Part shown: in pieces, positions 29,379-39,021 of the stretch
Position numbering within the stretch: the first letter of the stretch is position 1
Layout: every line of letters begins with the position of its first letter
NCBI GenBank assembly: GCA_965116475.1
Contig: OZ220691.1
Coordinates: forward strand, 800,001 to 864,000
Reading direction: 5' to 3'
DNA length: 64,000 nucleotides
From: Gemmatimonadota bacterium
GTDB taxonomy: Bacteria; Gemmatimonadota; Gemmatimonadetes; Palauibacterales; Palauibacteraceae
Made by a program: the position numbers and the translations under genes
Notes under the pieces: generated by a model
What the model was told of the DNA's origin: nothing
Database searches by the model: none
The model's input: only the letters and a program-made list of their open reading frames with translations

Positions 29379-32300
29379 GCCACCTGCGGGGCGGAGTTGA
29401 ACTCCACGCCGACGATCGAGGAGACGCCCGCCTCCTGCATCGTCACGCCGTAGATCCAGTCGGCGTTCTCGATCGTCCGCGGATTGTGCGTGATGACGAT
29501 GAACTGCGTCTCGTCCTTGAATTCCTTCAGCATGCGGACGAACCGCAGGATGTTCGTCTCGTCCAGCGGCGCGTCCACCTCGTCCAGCAGGCAGAACGGG
29601 CTGGGCTTCGCGAGGTAGATCGCGAACAGCAGGGCGAGCGCGGTCAGGGCCCGCTCACCGCCCGAAAGCAGGTGGATCCGCTGCGTCTTCTTGCCGCGGG
29701 GGCTGGCCGAGATCTCGATCGGGGAATCCAGGGCGTCGTCGGGATTCTCGAACCGGAGATCGCACTGCCCGCCCTCGAAGAGGGAGTCGAAGGTGCGGTG
29801 GAAGTTGGTCCTCACCTGCTCGAACGTCTCCAGGAGGGCGGAGGTCGCCTGCCGATTGATCCGGCGGATCGAGGTGCGGAGGTCGTCGCGTGCGCGCGTG
29901 AGGTCGTCGCGCTGGTCCGTGAGGAACTCGAGTCGCTTCTGTTCTTCCTCGTATTCCCGCTGTGCGAGGAGGTTGACCGGGCCGATGCGGGCGATCGAGC
30001 GCCGCACGCGCTCCAGCTCCGGTTCCCATTCGGCGGGCTCCGCATCGTCGACGGGGTCGACGCGTTCCCGGAGTTCCGCGAGCGGCGCATCCCACTCCGC
30101 TTCCACGCGGCCCCGGATCGCGGACTCGCTCGCCTCGAGTTGCGTGATTTCCAGTTCGAGCCGATGCCGGGCGTCGACGCGCTCGCGCTCGCGCCGCCGC
30201 GCCTCGCTCAGTTCCAACTCGAGTCTGTCCAGCTGTCCGCGGCGTTCGGCGATTCGCCGCTCCAACTCCGACAGATCCGCTTCACGCCGGGTCCTGGCTT
30301 CGAGCGCGGCCCCGATCGACGCCTCCAGTGCCTCCGCCTGCGCCTCGCTGTCCGCGATCACGTCGTGGAGCCCGTCCACTTCCCGCGCCAGCGCGCGCGA
30401 CCGTTCCTCCGCGTCGTCCGCGGCCTCGGCGAGGCGGCTCTCCACTCCGCGTCGATTCTCGACCTCGGCTTCCCGCCTGGCCTGCGCCAACTCCTCCCGG
30501 TGAAGTTCCGCCTTCCCCGCCTCGGCGGCGGCGCGGGCGTCATCGGCCTTCTCCCGCACTGCCTCGTATGTGGAAGAGCACTCCGCGACCCTCCGGTCGA
30601 GTTGGGCGACGCGGGCGTCGTCGTCCGCCGAGAGCGACACCTCATCCTCGCTGAACGCCTCCAGCTGTTCGATGCGGCCGGCAAGTTCGCTGCACTCCCG
30701 GTCCAGCCGGACGAGCCTCGCCTCCGCCGAGGTCCGGTCGGCTTCGGCTTCGCGGCGGGCCGACTCGGCGTCGGACACCGCGCGCTCCAGGGCGTTCGCC
30801 CCTGCGAGCGCCTCCGAGGCGGCCGCCCCCAACGCCTTCATCGCCTCCCGCGAGCGCGCGCGATCCTCTTCCAGCGCCTCCGCTTCCTCGCGCAGGGCCT
30901 GGAGCTCGGCCCGCCGGCTCAGGAGCCCCTCCGAGGCGGCGCCCCCGACGTAGACGCCGCCCCACCGATCCTGGCGCCGTCCCTCGGGATCCACCCAGGC
31001 GTGCGGGCGCGGCGCCGGTTCGCCGCCGGAGGGGACCTCGACGCCCGCGAGCAGCGCCTCCACCCAGACCGCGCCAGCCCCCTTCGCGTCGACATGCCGC
31101 ATGAGGGGCGCGTCCGCCTCGGGAGGTCCCGGGAGGGGGCCCGGATCGAGCGGGAGCACGAGGACGCTCTCCTCTCCGCCGCGCCCTTCGAGCCATGCCT
31201 CGACCGCCCGTACCGTGGACCAGTCGCGCACAACGACTCCGTGCAGGTACGGGCCGAGATGGGATTCGACCGCGGACGCCCACGGGGCGGCCACCTCCAT
31301 GAACTCCGACAGCGCGCCGTGAAGCCCCGGGACCGCGCTCCGGTCCGCCAGCAGTTGGGCGACGGCCTCGGGGAGCAGCGCGCTCGACGCCACCAGGGAT
31401 CCGAGACTCGAGGCGCGGGCCCGCGCGGCGGCGAGGCGGCCCTCGAGGTCGGCCGCTTCTTCGCGGGCCCGACGCAGCGCCGTGTCGGCGGAGGACGCGG
31501 CGTCACGCGCCGCCTTCAGCCGGCCGCGCGCATCCTCCAGCGTCCGGTCCGCCTGTGCCTCGCGTTCCGCCGCGCTCTCCGCCTCGACCCGCAGCCCGCG
31601 CTCCTGGGCGGCGAGCGCATCGAGGGCCGGCCGCCGACGCTCGAGTTCTTCGCGGCGGTCGCGCGCCCGACCCTCTCTCACTCCGAGTTCGAGCCTCCAG
31701 CGGTCCCGTTCCCGGCCAGCCTCCTCGAGCGCCTCCCGGGCGGCTGCGCGCTCGCGCGAGGCGGTGCGGGCCGTCTCGGTCAGAGCCTCCGCCCGAAGCG
31801 CGAGCTGAGCCGACGCGGTGGCGCCTTCGGCGGCGAGCGACTGCCCCTCCTTCAGGGCGGACCGCGCTTCCTCCACGCGCTCCCGGAGGTCCCCGCGCCG
31901 GCGCTCGTTCCGGCGCACCTCTTCCTCGAGGATCTCCAGCCGGTCGCGCGCGCTCGCACCCTTCGCCCCGGCGAGAAGGCGGGCACGCTCCTGCTCCTCC
32001 ACGGCCCGCCGGGCCTCCTCCAGGCGCCGGGCCAGACCGGCCCGTTCCCGTTCCATGCCGGTGTGCTCCAGGCGAAGCGCCTCCGCCCGGGTCTCCGCCG
32101 TGCTCAGATCCGCGTCGTCCGGGCCCGTGTCCGGCTCGAGGCGCTCGAATTCGGCCCGCGCTTCGGCCAGCCGTCGAGTCGTGTCCTCCAGCTGGGCGTC
32201 GGCGACGGCGATCTCGAGTTGCAGGAGCCGGGTTCGCAGCTTCGCGTGGCGCTCGGCCCGTCCGCGCTGTTGCGCGAGCGAGCGGACCTTGGACGCCACC

Positions 32301-32890
32301 TCGACGAGCACGTCCTCGAGCCGCTGCAGATCGCCGTCCGCCTGCTCGAGCCGGCGGGTCGCGATCCGGCGACGGTCCTTGTAGCGCCCGATCCCGGCCG
32401 CCTCCTCGAACAGCGTCCGGCGCTCTTCGGCGCGGTCCGAGAGGATCGCGTCCACCATGCGGCCCTCGATCATCGCGTAGGCGTTCGAGCCCAGCCCGGT
32501 GTCCCGGCACAGGTCCAGGATGTCCTTGAGCCGGCACGCCGTTCCGTTGAGCGTGTATTCGCTCTCGCCTCCGCGGTAGACGGTGCGGCCGATCGCCACA
32601 TCGGCGTAGGGCACGGGAAGCACGCCGTCCTCGTTCGAGAGTTCGAGCAGGACCTCGGCCCGGTGGATGGGCTGCCGCGCCTCCGTCCCTCCGAAGATCG
32701 CCTCCTCCATGCGGGATCCGCGGATCGCGGTGGGGCGCTGTTCTCCCAGCACCCAGCGCAGCGCGTCGGAGAGGTTGGACTTTCCGCAGCCGTTCGGTCC
32801 GACGACGGCCGTGATGCCCTGGTGCAGTTCGATCCGCGTCCGATCGGCGAACGACTTGAATCCGCGCAGCGTCAGGGCCTTGATCTTCAA
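29375..32890 (-). CDS. smc: Chromosome segregation protein SMC
   Basis: GFKSFA, VGPNGCGKSN, long coiled coils, hinge, LSGGERAL, LDEVDAPLD, FIVITH. Confidence 0.98.
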   Translation of the reverse strand: MKIKALTLRGFKSFADRTRIELHQGITAVVGPNGCGKSNLSDALRWVLGEQRPTAIRGSRMEEAIFGGTEARQPIHRAEVLLELSNEDGVLPVPYADVAIGRTVYRGGESEYTLNGTACRLKDILDLCRDTGLGSNAYAMIEGRMVDAILSDRAEERRTLFEEAAGIGRYKDRRRIATRRLEQADGDLQRLEDVLVEVASKVRSLAQQRGRAERHAKLRTRLLQLEIAVADAQLEDTTRRLAEARAEFERLEPDTGPDDADLSTAETRAEALRLEHTGMERERAGLARRLEEARRAVEEQERARLLAGAKGASARDRLEILEEEVRRNERRRGDLRERVEEARSALKEGQSLAAEGATASAQLALRAEALTETARTASRERAAAREALEEAGRERDRWRLELGVREGRARDRREELERRRPALDALAAQERGLRVEAESAAEREAQADRTLEDARGRLKAARDAASSADTALRRAREEAADLEGRLAAARARASSLGSLVASSALLPEAVAQLLADRSAVPGLHGALSEFMEVAAPWASAVESHLGPYLHGVVVRDWSTVRAVEAWLEGRGGEESVLVLPLDPGPLPGPPEADAPLMRHVDAKGAGAVWVEALLAGVEVPSGGEPAPRPHAWVDPEGRRQDRWGGVYVGGAASEGLLSRRAELQALREEAEALEEDRARSREAMKALGAAASEALAGANALERAVSDAESARREAEADRTSAEARLVRLDRECSELAGRIEQLEAFSEDEVSLSADDDARVAQLDRRVAECSSTYEAVREKADDARAAAEAGKAELHREELAQARREAEVENRRGVESRLAEAADDAEERSRALAREVDGLHDVIADSEAQAEALEASIGAALEARTRREADLSELERRIAERRGQLDRLELELSEARRRERERVDARHRLELEITQLEASESAIRGRVEAEWDAPLAELRERVDPVDDAEPAEWEPELERVRRSIARIGPVNLLAQREYEEEQKRLEFLTDQRDDLTRARDDLRTSIRRINRQATSALLETFEQVRTNFHRTFDSLFEGGQCDLRFENPDDALDSPIEISASPRGKKTQRIHLLSGGERALTALALLFAIYLAKPSPFCLLDEVDAPLDETNILRFVRMLKEFKDETQFIVITHNPRTIENADWIYGVTMQEAGVSSIVGVEFNSAPQVA

Positions 32891-32896
32891 GGGCGC

Positions 32897-35800
32897 TCAG
32901 GGGGTTGAGGGAACGGCGCCGCCACGTCTCGCAATGAGCGTCGCGGTTTCGCCGGCCGCTTCCAGGACGTCGCTCATGGGGGCCGCAGCCTCCTCGTTCT
33001 CGTACGCACCCCCGTACACTCTGAAGACCGGCATGCCGTCGAGCGTCGCCTCCAGGCTGTACGCGGGGATGCCGAGCGCCGCGAGTTCGGCGATGCGCGC
33101 CTCCATCTCCGGGCGATCCGCGAACACGCCGAAATCGTACGCAAATCTCACGGGACGGAGGAGCCACGGACTCGCGTCCTCGGCCACGCCGGCCGCCACG
33201 AGTTCGTCCATGAGGGCGGAAGCCTCCGCCTCGCTCGCGACGGCCCCGGCAAGAATCCGTTGATACCGGACCCCGCGGACCGTCGTGGGCGCCATGAAAT
33301 ACAGGACTTCTCCGTGCAGCGCGCGGATCTCCGCCACGCGCTCCGCCGCCTCGGCCGGATCCGTGAAGCTCCCGAGGAGCACGGAATACGGCCGCTCGGC
33401 GGCCGACTCGAACGCCGCGGCGACGGAGGCTTCATCCGGCGGCGCCGGCAGAATGTCGCTCGACGGAACGTCGTCCGACGGGATGTCCTCCAACGGGGTG
33501 TCGTCCGACGGGGTGTCCTCCGGCGGCTCCGCCGACGTGCCCGCAACATCGGCAGCCGAGCCGTCCTCCGCGGGCGCCGCGGGTGTTGCCGCCGTCGCCG
33601 GAGCCTCCTCCCGGGCCGCGACCAGCGATCCGACGCGCGAGATCGCGCGGTCGAACCAGCCGTTCCTGTACGCCCACCAATTCCCGACGGCCAGCGCCGC
33701 GATCACCAGCGCCGCGACAAGCGGCCCGCGCCTTCGGCGGCCCCGGACTTTTCCGGGCGCCGGCTCAGGCACCGGCTCGGGCGCCGGCTGCGAGTCCGCC
33801 GGGGCCGCGTCAGCCTCGGGCTCGTCCGCCTCGGACTCGTCCGCGGGTTCGGGCCGGGGCGCGGCGTCCACGCTCACCTCGTCCGACTCGCGCTCCGGCT
33901 CCGACTCGCGCTCCGATTCGCCCTCCGATTCACTCGACTCGAAGGGCACCTGACCGTAGCACTGCATACCGTGGTCTTCGGGGGGCATCCTTCCCACGGC
34001 GATGTAGCCGTCGAGCAGACCGAGCAGGCCGGCGGAGGGCCGCCCGCGATCGGACATGGCGATGAAGAGCGTCCCGCCCCCGTCCTTCACGCGGGACACG
34101 AAGCGCTCGAGCGCGGCGGATTCCAGCAGCCCGGCCACGCCTTCGGGCACCTGTCCCGCCGGCAGATACACGTAGGGGCAGTCCGCGCGCCGCACGGCGA
34201 TCCCGGCAAGTCCGGACTGGCCTCCGAGGAATCCCGCCATCCCGCCCGAGTCGGCCCGCTCGGACGCGCCCGCCAGTTCATCGAGAGGCGACGGCCCGGA
34301 TTCGGAGTTGAGGACGAGGGTCCGTCCTCGCCGGCGGGCGATGGAGGTGGCGATCGCGTCAACGGCCGTGGCGCTCCGCTCGGCGTCCGAACGCCGGAAC
34401 ACGAGCGCCACGATCCGCGCGGCGCCGGGCAGGTCCCAGGTGAACAGAGCCGGGTCGCGCCCGCTCACGGGTCTCGCCTCGCCGACGGATCTCCCGACGA
34501 ATCTCCGGACGGATCTCCCGACGGATCCCTCCTCGTGAATCCACGCATCGATGCCGCGTTCCCGCTGCAACTCGAGCGCCGCCCCCTCGACATCCGGGCG
34601 CGTCTCGTACGGGCCCACGAGGAGTCGGTACCAGGTTTCCCCGGCTTCATCCATCCGACGCAACACGTGCGTCGAATAGCCGGCGCCGTCGAGGAGTTCG
34701 CGCATCTGTCCGAGCGCGGCGACCTGCCGCGAGGAATGCGCGACGACGTAGAACCCCGGCGCGGGATCATCGGAGGCTTCCGGGCTCCCGTCCGACAGCC
34801 TCTCCACCCTCCCCACCGTCAACAGCCCGATGCGGCCGGGCGAGACGCTGTCGGCGAGCGCGTCGAGCGCCTCTTCGGCATCTTCCAGCGTGTCCTCCGG
34901 CACGAGGGCGGCGGACGCGACGGGCAGACGGCGCCCCCATCGGAACGGGAGCCACCAGGCGTCGGCGGGACCTTCGACGGCGGCGACTTCGCCGTTCGGG
35001 CGCAGGAGGCCGGGACCGCTCTCCGTGGACACCAGAACCGCACCGCCGGGCAGCGGGAGCGGCAGATCCGCGCGCCACTCTCCGGGCACCGCGTTCAAAC
35101 CGGCTTCGCCCGCCCGCGCGGACCACGCGTTCGAGCCATCCCAGGCCACGAGCCGGTCGCCCGTCATGCCGGGCCGCAACACCTCAAGCGGCGCCGCGAG
35201 CCGCGAGGATCCGACCTCGCGCCAGTCGTAGCGGTCGATGACCGTGAAACGCGGCCGGTCGAGCGACGCCGTGAACACGCGGTGCTGCGAGGGGGAGATG
35301 GCCAGGGCCGATGGCGCGCCGCCGATCTCCGTCCCCTCGGCCGGTTCGAGTTCCGGGATCGACCACTCCATGAGTCCCCCTCCATCCTCGGATGCGGTCA
35401 CGACCGTTCGGCCCCAGCCCGCGAGCGCGACCGGGCCGCTCGTGCCGACGGTCCGCGTCGTCACGGGCTGTGATTCTCCGGCTTCCCATACCGTGAGTTC
35501 GGCTCCGCCCGCGCCCTCGACGAGGGCGACGACCCGGTCTCCGGCGGCGGGGGCCGCCCAGTGCACGGGGCCATCGGCGGCGACCTCCGCGGTGCGGGTG
35601 GGGGTGATGGCGAGAATCCGCTCCCCCGACACGAAGGCGCCCCCCGAGGGGGAGGCGATCCAGCGCGCGTCGGCGGGGGCATCGGGAAGCGGCGTCTCGG
35701 CTTCCACGGGCGAGGTCGTGTAGAGGCGAAGTTGCGGCCCCCGTCGCAGCACGACCGCCGAACCGAGCGAATGAGCCGCCGTGACGTTGCCGAGCGAAAG

Positions 35801-36028
35801 CCGTCCGGTCCAGCGCACGGTCGACGGGCTCTCGATCGAGCGGAACTGCGCCACTCCGCCGTCGCGCGGAATGACGAGAAGCCCGTACCGTTCGAGCGAC
35901 GAGCCGGAGACGAGGGCCGGGCCTTCAAGCGGGTCTGGCTGATCTTCCGGGGGGCTTCCGCAGGCGCCGGAAACACCCCAGACCCCCGGCAGGAGAAGGA
36001 GCGCGGCCGACAATCTCGCACGATTCAT
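32897..36028 (-). CDS. Large SPOR-domain protein; probably two genes read in one frame
   Basis: Lipoprotein-like signal MNRARLSAALLLL...GACG at ATG 36028; SPOR-like WYRLLVGPY; internal TM helix; further SPOR-like repeats (YSVLLGSF, FRVYGGAY). Confidence 0.75.
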   Translation of the reverse strand: MNRARLSAALLLLPGVWGVSGACGSPPEDQPDPLEGPALVSGSSLERYGLLVIPRDGGVAQFRSIESPSTVRWTGRLSLGNVTAAHSLGSAVVLRRGPQLRLYTTSPVEAETPLPDAPADARWIASPSGGAFVSGERILAITPTRTAEVAADGPVHWAAPAAGDRVVALVEGAGGAELTVWEAGESQPVTTRTVGTSGPVALAGWGRTVVTASEDGGGLMEWSIPELEPAEGTEIGGAPSALAISPSQHRVFTASLDRPRFTVIDRYDWREVGSSRLAAPLEVLRPGMTGDRLVAWDGSNAWSARAGEAGLNAVPGEWRADLPLPLPGGAVLVSTESGPGLLRPNGEVAAVEGPADAWWLPFRWGRRLPVASAALVPEDTLEDAEEALDALADSVSPGRIGLLTVGRVERLSDGSPEASDDPAPGFYVVAHSSRQVAALGQMRELLDGAGYSTHVLRRMDEAGETWYRLLVGPYETRPDVEGAALELQRERGIDAWIHEEGSVGRSVRRFVGRSVGEARPVSGRDPALFTWDLPGAARIVALVFRRSDAERSATAVDAIATSIARRRGRTLVLNSESGPSPLDELAGASERADSGGMAGFLGGQSGLAGIAVRRADCPYVYLPAGQVPEGVAGLLESAALERFVSRVKDGGGTLFIAMSDRGRPSAGLLGLLDGYIAVGRMPPEDHGMQCYGQVPFESSESEGESERESEPERESDEVSVDAAPRPEPADESEADEPEADAAPADSQPAPEPVPEPAPGKVRGRRRRGPLVAALVIAALAVGNWWAYRNGWFDRAISRVGSLVAAREEAPATAATPAAPAEDGSAADVAGTSAEPPEDTPSDDTPLEDIPSDDVPSSDILPAPPDEASVAAAFESAAERPYSVLLGSFTDPAEAAERVAEIRALHGEVLYFMAPTTVRGVRYQRILAGAVASEAEASALMDELVAAGVAEDASPWLLRPVRFAYDFGVFADRPEMEARIAELAALGIPAYSLEATLDGMPVFRVYGGAYENEEAAAPMSDVLEAAGETATLIARRGGAVPSTP

Positions 36029-36081
36029 GGCCCTCCAAGCTAGCGGCGCGCCCCCGGTCGCGGAACGGCCCCGGTCCCGCT

Positions 36082-36498
36082 TCACTCCAGTTCGAAGAGG
36101 GGGGCGTCGCCCCACAGCCGCTCGAGCTGATAGAACTCCCTGACTTCGCCCAGGAAGACGTGCACGATGAGGCCCACGTAGTCCATCAGCACCCAGCGGC
36201 CCGCGTTCAGCCCCTCCACGCCGACGGGACGGAAACCGTCCTCGCGCGTTCGATCGAGGATGTTCTCGCTGATCGCGCGTGCGTGCGTGTCGGAGTCGCC
36301 CGTCGCGATGAGGAAGAAGTCGGTGACGTCCGACAGCCCGCGCAGATCGAGGATCGTCGGGCGGCGCGCGTTCCTCTCGAGCGCGGCCTCCGCCACGCTG
36401 CGGAGTTCCGGGGAAGGGGCGCCCCGTTCCGAGAGCCGGCGCCAAACGTCTTCCAGCGGGAGCGGATCCGTCATCGGATCCATCGGATCGTGGGTCAT
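36082..36498 (-). CDS. rsfS: Ribosome silencing factor
   Basis: ILDLRGLSDVTDFFLIATG, WVLMDY..LIVHVF...REFYQLERLWGD. Confidence 0.96.
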   Translation of the reverse strand: MTHDPMDPMTDPLPLEDVWRRLSERGAPSPELRSVAEAALERNARRPTILDLRGLSDVTDFFLIATGDSDTHARAISENILDRTREDGFRPVGVEGLNAGRWVLMDYVGLIVHVFLGEVREFYQLERLWGDAPLFELE

Positions 36499-36551
36499 CG
36501 GTGGCCGACCGCTAGCGCCGTGGACACGACACTATTCGTCACTATTCCTCA

Positions 36552-37001
36552 CTATTCCTCGGCAACCACGGACACCTTGACTTTGGGCTCGACATCCACG
36601 TGGACCCGCACCGGGACCTCGTGTTCGCCGAGGTCCTTGATCGGATCCTCCAGCCGGATCGCGCGGCGGTCCACGGCGACGCCCTCCTTCTCCAGTTCGT
36701 CCGCGATGTCCCCGGCCGTCACCGAGCCGAACAGGCGTCCGCCTTCGCTCGCCCTGCGGACGAAGCTCACCGCTCTGCCCTCGAGTTCGCCCGCCAGTTC
36801 CTGGGCCGCCTCGCGTTCCCGCTCGGCGGACTGTTCGATCTGGCGCCGCTCCTCCTCGAACCGCCTCCGGTTTCCCTCCGTCGCCACGAGCGCGATCCCC
36901 TGCGGAACCAGGTAGTTGCGCGCATACCCCGGCCGCACGTTCACCATCTCGCCGGCGAGGCCGAGATCCGCGACGTCCTTTCTCAGAATCACTTCAACCA
37001 T
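36552..37001 (-). CDS. rplI: 50S ribosomal protein L9
   Basis: VILRKDVADLG, VRPGYARNYLVPQG, GRLFGSVT, PIKDLG. Confidence 0.98.
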   Translation of the reverse strand: MVEVILRKDVADLGLAGEMVNVRPGYARNYLVPQGIALVATEGNRRRFEEERRQIEQSAEREREAAQELAGELEGRAVSFVRRASEGGRLFGSVTAGDIADELEKEGVAVDRRAIRLEDPIKDLGEHEVPVRVHVDVEPKVKVSVVAEE

Positions 37002-37016
37002 CGATCCCTCCAGTTT

Positions 37017-37952
37017 TCATCCACCGTCCGGTTTCACCCCCGGACGCGACCGCAGATCCAGCCACGTATCGCTGATTCCCATGACGAGGGCGGCACCGGC
37101 CGTCACCGGGTAGAGGACCAGCGCCGCGAGCACCCACGCGGCGATCGCCCAGCCCGAGCTTAGCACGGAAGCCCCCAGCCACACGAGCACCGCCAGGCCC
37201 CGGAGCAGATAGAGACCACCCATCACCGTCACCATGTTGCCGCCCGCGCGTTCCGCCCACGCTCCCGCGGGAAGGACCAGGAGCGCAAGCCCGAGCACGA
37301 GCACCCAGGCCAGGTGGTCGCCGAACCGGAACTCCCGCAGCGGCGGGAGCGGTCTCGGCTCTCCCCGGACCCGCCCGAGTATGTAGCCGGCGACGCCGAG
37401 GGCCGAGATCGAAGCCAGCGCGAGCATGGCGGGGTAAACCGCCGCCCACACGCTCACGATGCGACGCACCGTCGCTTCCACCGATCGGCCGCCCCACGCG
37501 TTGAAGTCGTACGCGGCCAGCGCCTGGCTGAACTGCGCCGTAATCCGCCAGTCCAGGTCCGCCGGAAGTTCGGGTCGCAGCAGCGCCACGACCGCGACTG
37601 TTGCTCCCGCGATCGCGACCGCCGCCAGCGACCGGTCGAACACGCGCCGGCCAGGCGCCAGCGCCGTGCTGAGGGCGAACCCGCCGGCCAGCAGCAGCGC
37701 CCAGCCGCGTTCCATGAACCACAGCGGTCCGGCCTCCCGAAACCCGAGCCCCGCGCCGGCCAGGAGCAGCAGCGCCAGGGCGGCCGACCCGGACCGGGGC
37801 GGTTCGAACGTCAGAATCGCCACGGCCGCCGGTACGCCGACGATGGCCATGAGCCCGAGCGGCGACGAACTCAGCGGCGACAACAGCATGACCAGCAGGA
37901 GGAGACCCGCGGCCGGCCAGAGACCGCTCCAGCGCTCCCTCAGCGGCCCCAC
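37017..37952 (-). CDS. DUF2232/YybS-like membrane protein
   Basis: Multi-TM protein in usual position between rpsR and rplI; C-terminal GISDTWLDLR; start set at GTG 37952. Confidence 0.8.
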   Translation of the reverse strand: MGPLRERWSGLWPAAGLLLLVMLLSPLSSSPLGLMAIVGVPAAVAILTFEPPRSGSAALALLLLAGAGLGFREAGPLWFMERGWALLLAGGFALSTALAPGRRVFDRSLAAVAIAGATVAVVALLRPELPADLDWRITAQFSQALAAYDFNAWGGRSVEATVRRIVSVWAAVYPAMLALASISALGVAGYILGRVRGEPRPLPPLREFRFGDHLAWVLVLGLALLVLPAGAWAERAGGNMVTVMGGLYLLRGLAVLVWLGASVLSSGWAIAAWVLAALVLYPVTAGAALVMGISDTWLDLRSRPGVKPDGG

Positions 37953-37963
37953 GGCAAAGAGGA

Positions 37964-38182
37964 CTAGTCGTGGTAGCCGCGGATGTATGGCAGGAGCGCG
38001 AGATACCTCGCCCGCTTGATCGCTGCCGCCACCGCCCGCTGGTGCCGCGCGCACGTCCCCGTGGCTCGGCGCGGCAGGATCTTGCCGCGATCCGAAATAT
38101 AGCGGTCCAGCGTGCGCTCATCCTTGTAGTCCACGCCGGGCATCCGGGCTTCACAGAACCGGCACGCCTTTCGAAAGGCCAT
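37964..38182 (-). CDS. rpsR: 30S ribosomal protein S18 (zinc-binding form)
   Basis: [40 protein letters not shown]. Confidence 0.98.
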   Translation of the reverse strand: MAFRKACRFCEARMPGVDYKDERTLDRYISDRGKILPRRATGTCARHQRAVAAAIKRARYLALLPYIRGYHD

Positions 38183-38842
38183 CTATTCCTCCTTCGCGTC
38201 GGCGGAATCTTCCGCCTCCGCGTCGTCCGCGGGCGCCTCCGCTTCGGCTTCGGGCTCGGGCTCAGCTTCGGGCTCGGCTTCGTCGGCCTCCTCTGCTGTT
38301 TCGTCGGCCTCCTCTGCCGCTTCTTCGGCCTCGTCCCCCTCCTCGCCGCCGTCGGCGTCCTCGGCCTCCCCGGTTTCGGACGCTTCCTCCGCGTCGGCTG
38401 TTTCCGCGTCGGCTTCGTCCGCATCGGCTTCGTCCGCATCGGCTTCCTTCGCGTCGTCGGCCTCTTCTGCGGGGGCCTCCTCGGCGGCGGGTTTCTCGGC
38501 CTCGGCTTCCTCCGCGGCGGGGGCCTCCGGCGCCGGGTCGGGAAGCGGCAGCGGATATTCCGCGATCACGATCAGGTATCGGAGGATGTCATCCTCGAGC
38601 TTCAGCACGCGCTCCAACTCCCGGAGCGGTTCGGGCGCCGAAGTGAACTGGGCGACGACGTAGTAGCCGTTCGGCTGCTTCTTGATGGGGTAGGCGAGTT
38701 GACGCTTGCCCCAGTGGACCGAGGCGGTGACCTCGCCCGGCCCATCGGTCGCAATGATGGCGTGGTAGCGCTCGAGCTTTGCCTCGATCTCCTCGGAGGT
38801 CAGGCTCGAACGGAAGATGTACACGATCTCGTAATCGCGCAT
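38183..38842 (-). CDS. rpsF: 30S ribosomal protein S6 with very long acidic tail
   Basis: MRDYEIVYI, WGKRQLAYPIKK, GYY, ILRYLIV; then about 120 aa rich in A/E/D. Confidence 0.97.
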   Translation of the reverse strand: MRDYEIVYIFRSSLTSEEIEAKLERYHAIIATDGPGEVTASVHWGKRQLAYPIKKQPNGYYVVAQFTSAPEPLRELERVLKLEDDILRYLIVIAEYPLPLPDPAPEAPAAEEAEAEKPAAEEAPAEEADDAKEADADEADADEADAETADAEEASETGEAEDADGGEEGDEAEEAAEEADETAEEADEAEPEAEPEPEAEAEAPADDAEAEDSADAKEE

Positions 38843-38847
38843 GGAGA

Positions 38848-38894
38848 ACTCCCTCGGTCTCGTCGGCCCCGACCCGCGCGGTCGGAGCAGGAGT
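38848..38894 (-). promoter_or_regulatory. S6:S18 autoregulatory mRNA leader
   Basis: ACTCCT-GCTCCGACC-loop-GGTCGGGGC-CG...AGACC-GAGGGAGT immediately before rpsF ATG; anti-SD/stem/CCG layout of the known motif. Confidence 0.7.
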
Positions 38895-38947
38895 CTGGAT
38901 TTGCCGGCCCGCCGGACGACGGCGAACCGGTATGTGAAGGCGGCACT

Positions 38948-38975
38948 AGACTAGGTCATGCCGCCCCGCTGTCAA
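38948..38975 (-). promoter_or_regulatory. Sigma70-type promoter for rpsF operon
   Basis: TTGACA-16 nt-TAGTCT. Confidence 0.65.
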
Positions 38976-39021
38976 GTTGGCCGCCAGCCCGCGTCGGCCC
39001 GGTCCGGCGGCCCGCCAATGG

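Noticed and set aside
29222..32908. Very long antisense ORFs (1228 aa opposite smc; also 54855-57866, 4054-6471, 9412-11970, 38977-41211)
   Set aside because: Shadow frames of real high-GC genes; Arg/Pro/Gly-rich with no recognisable motifs
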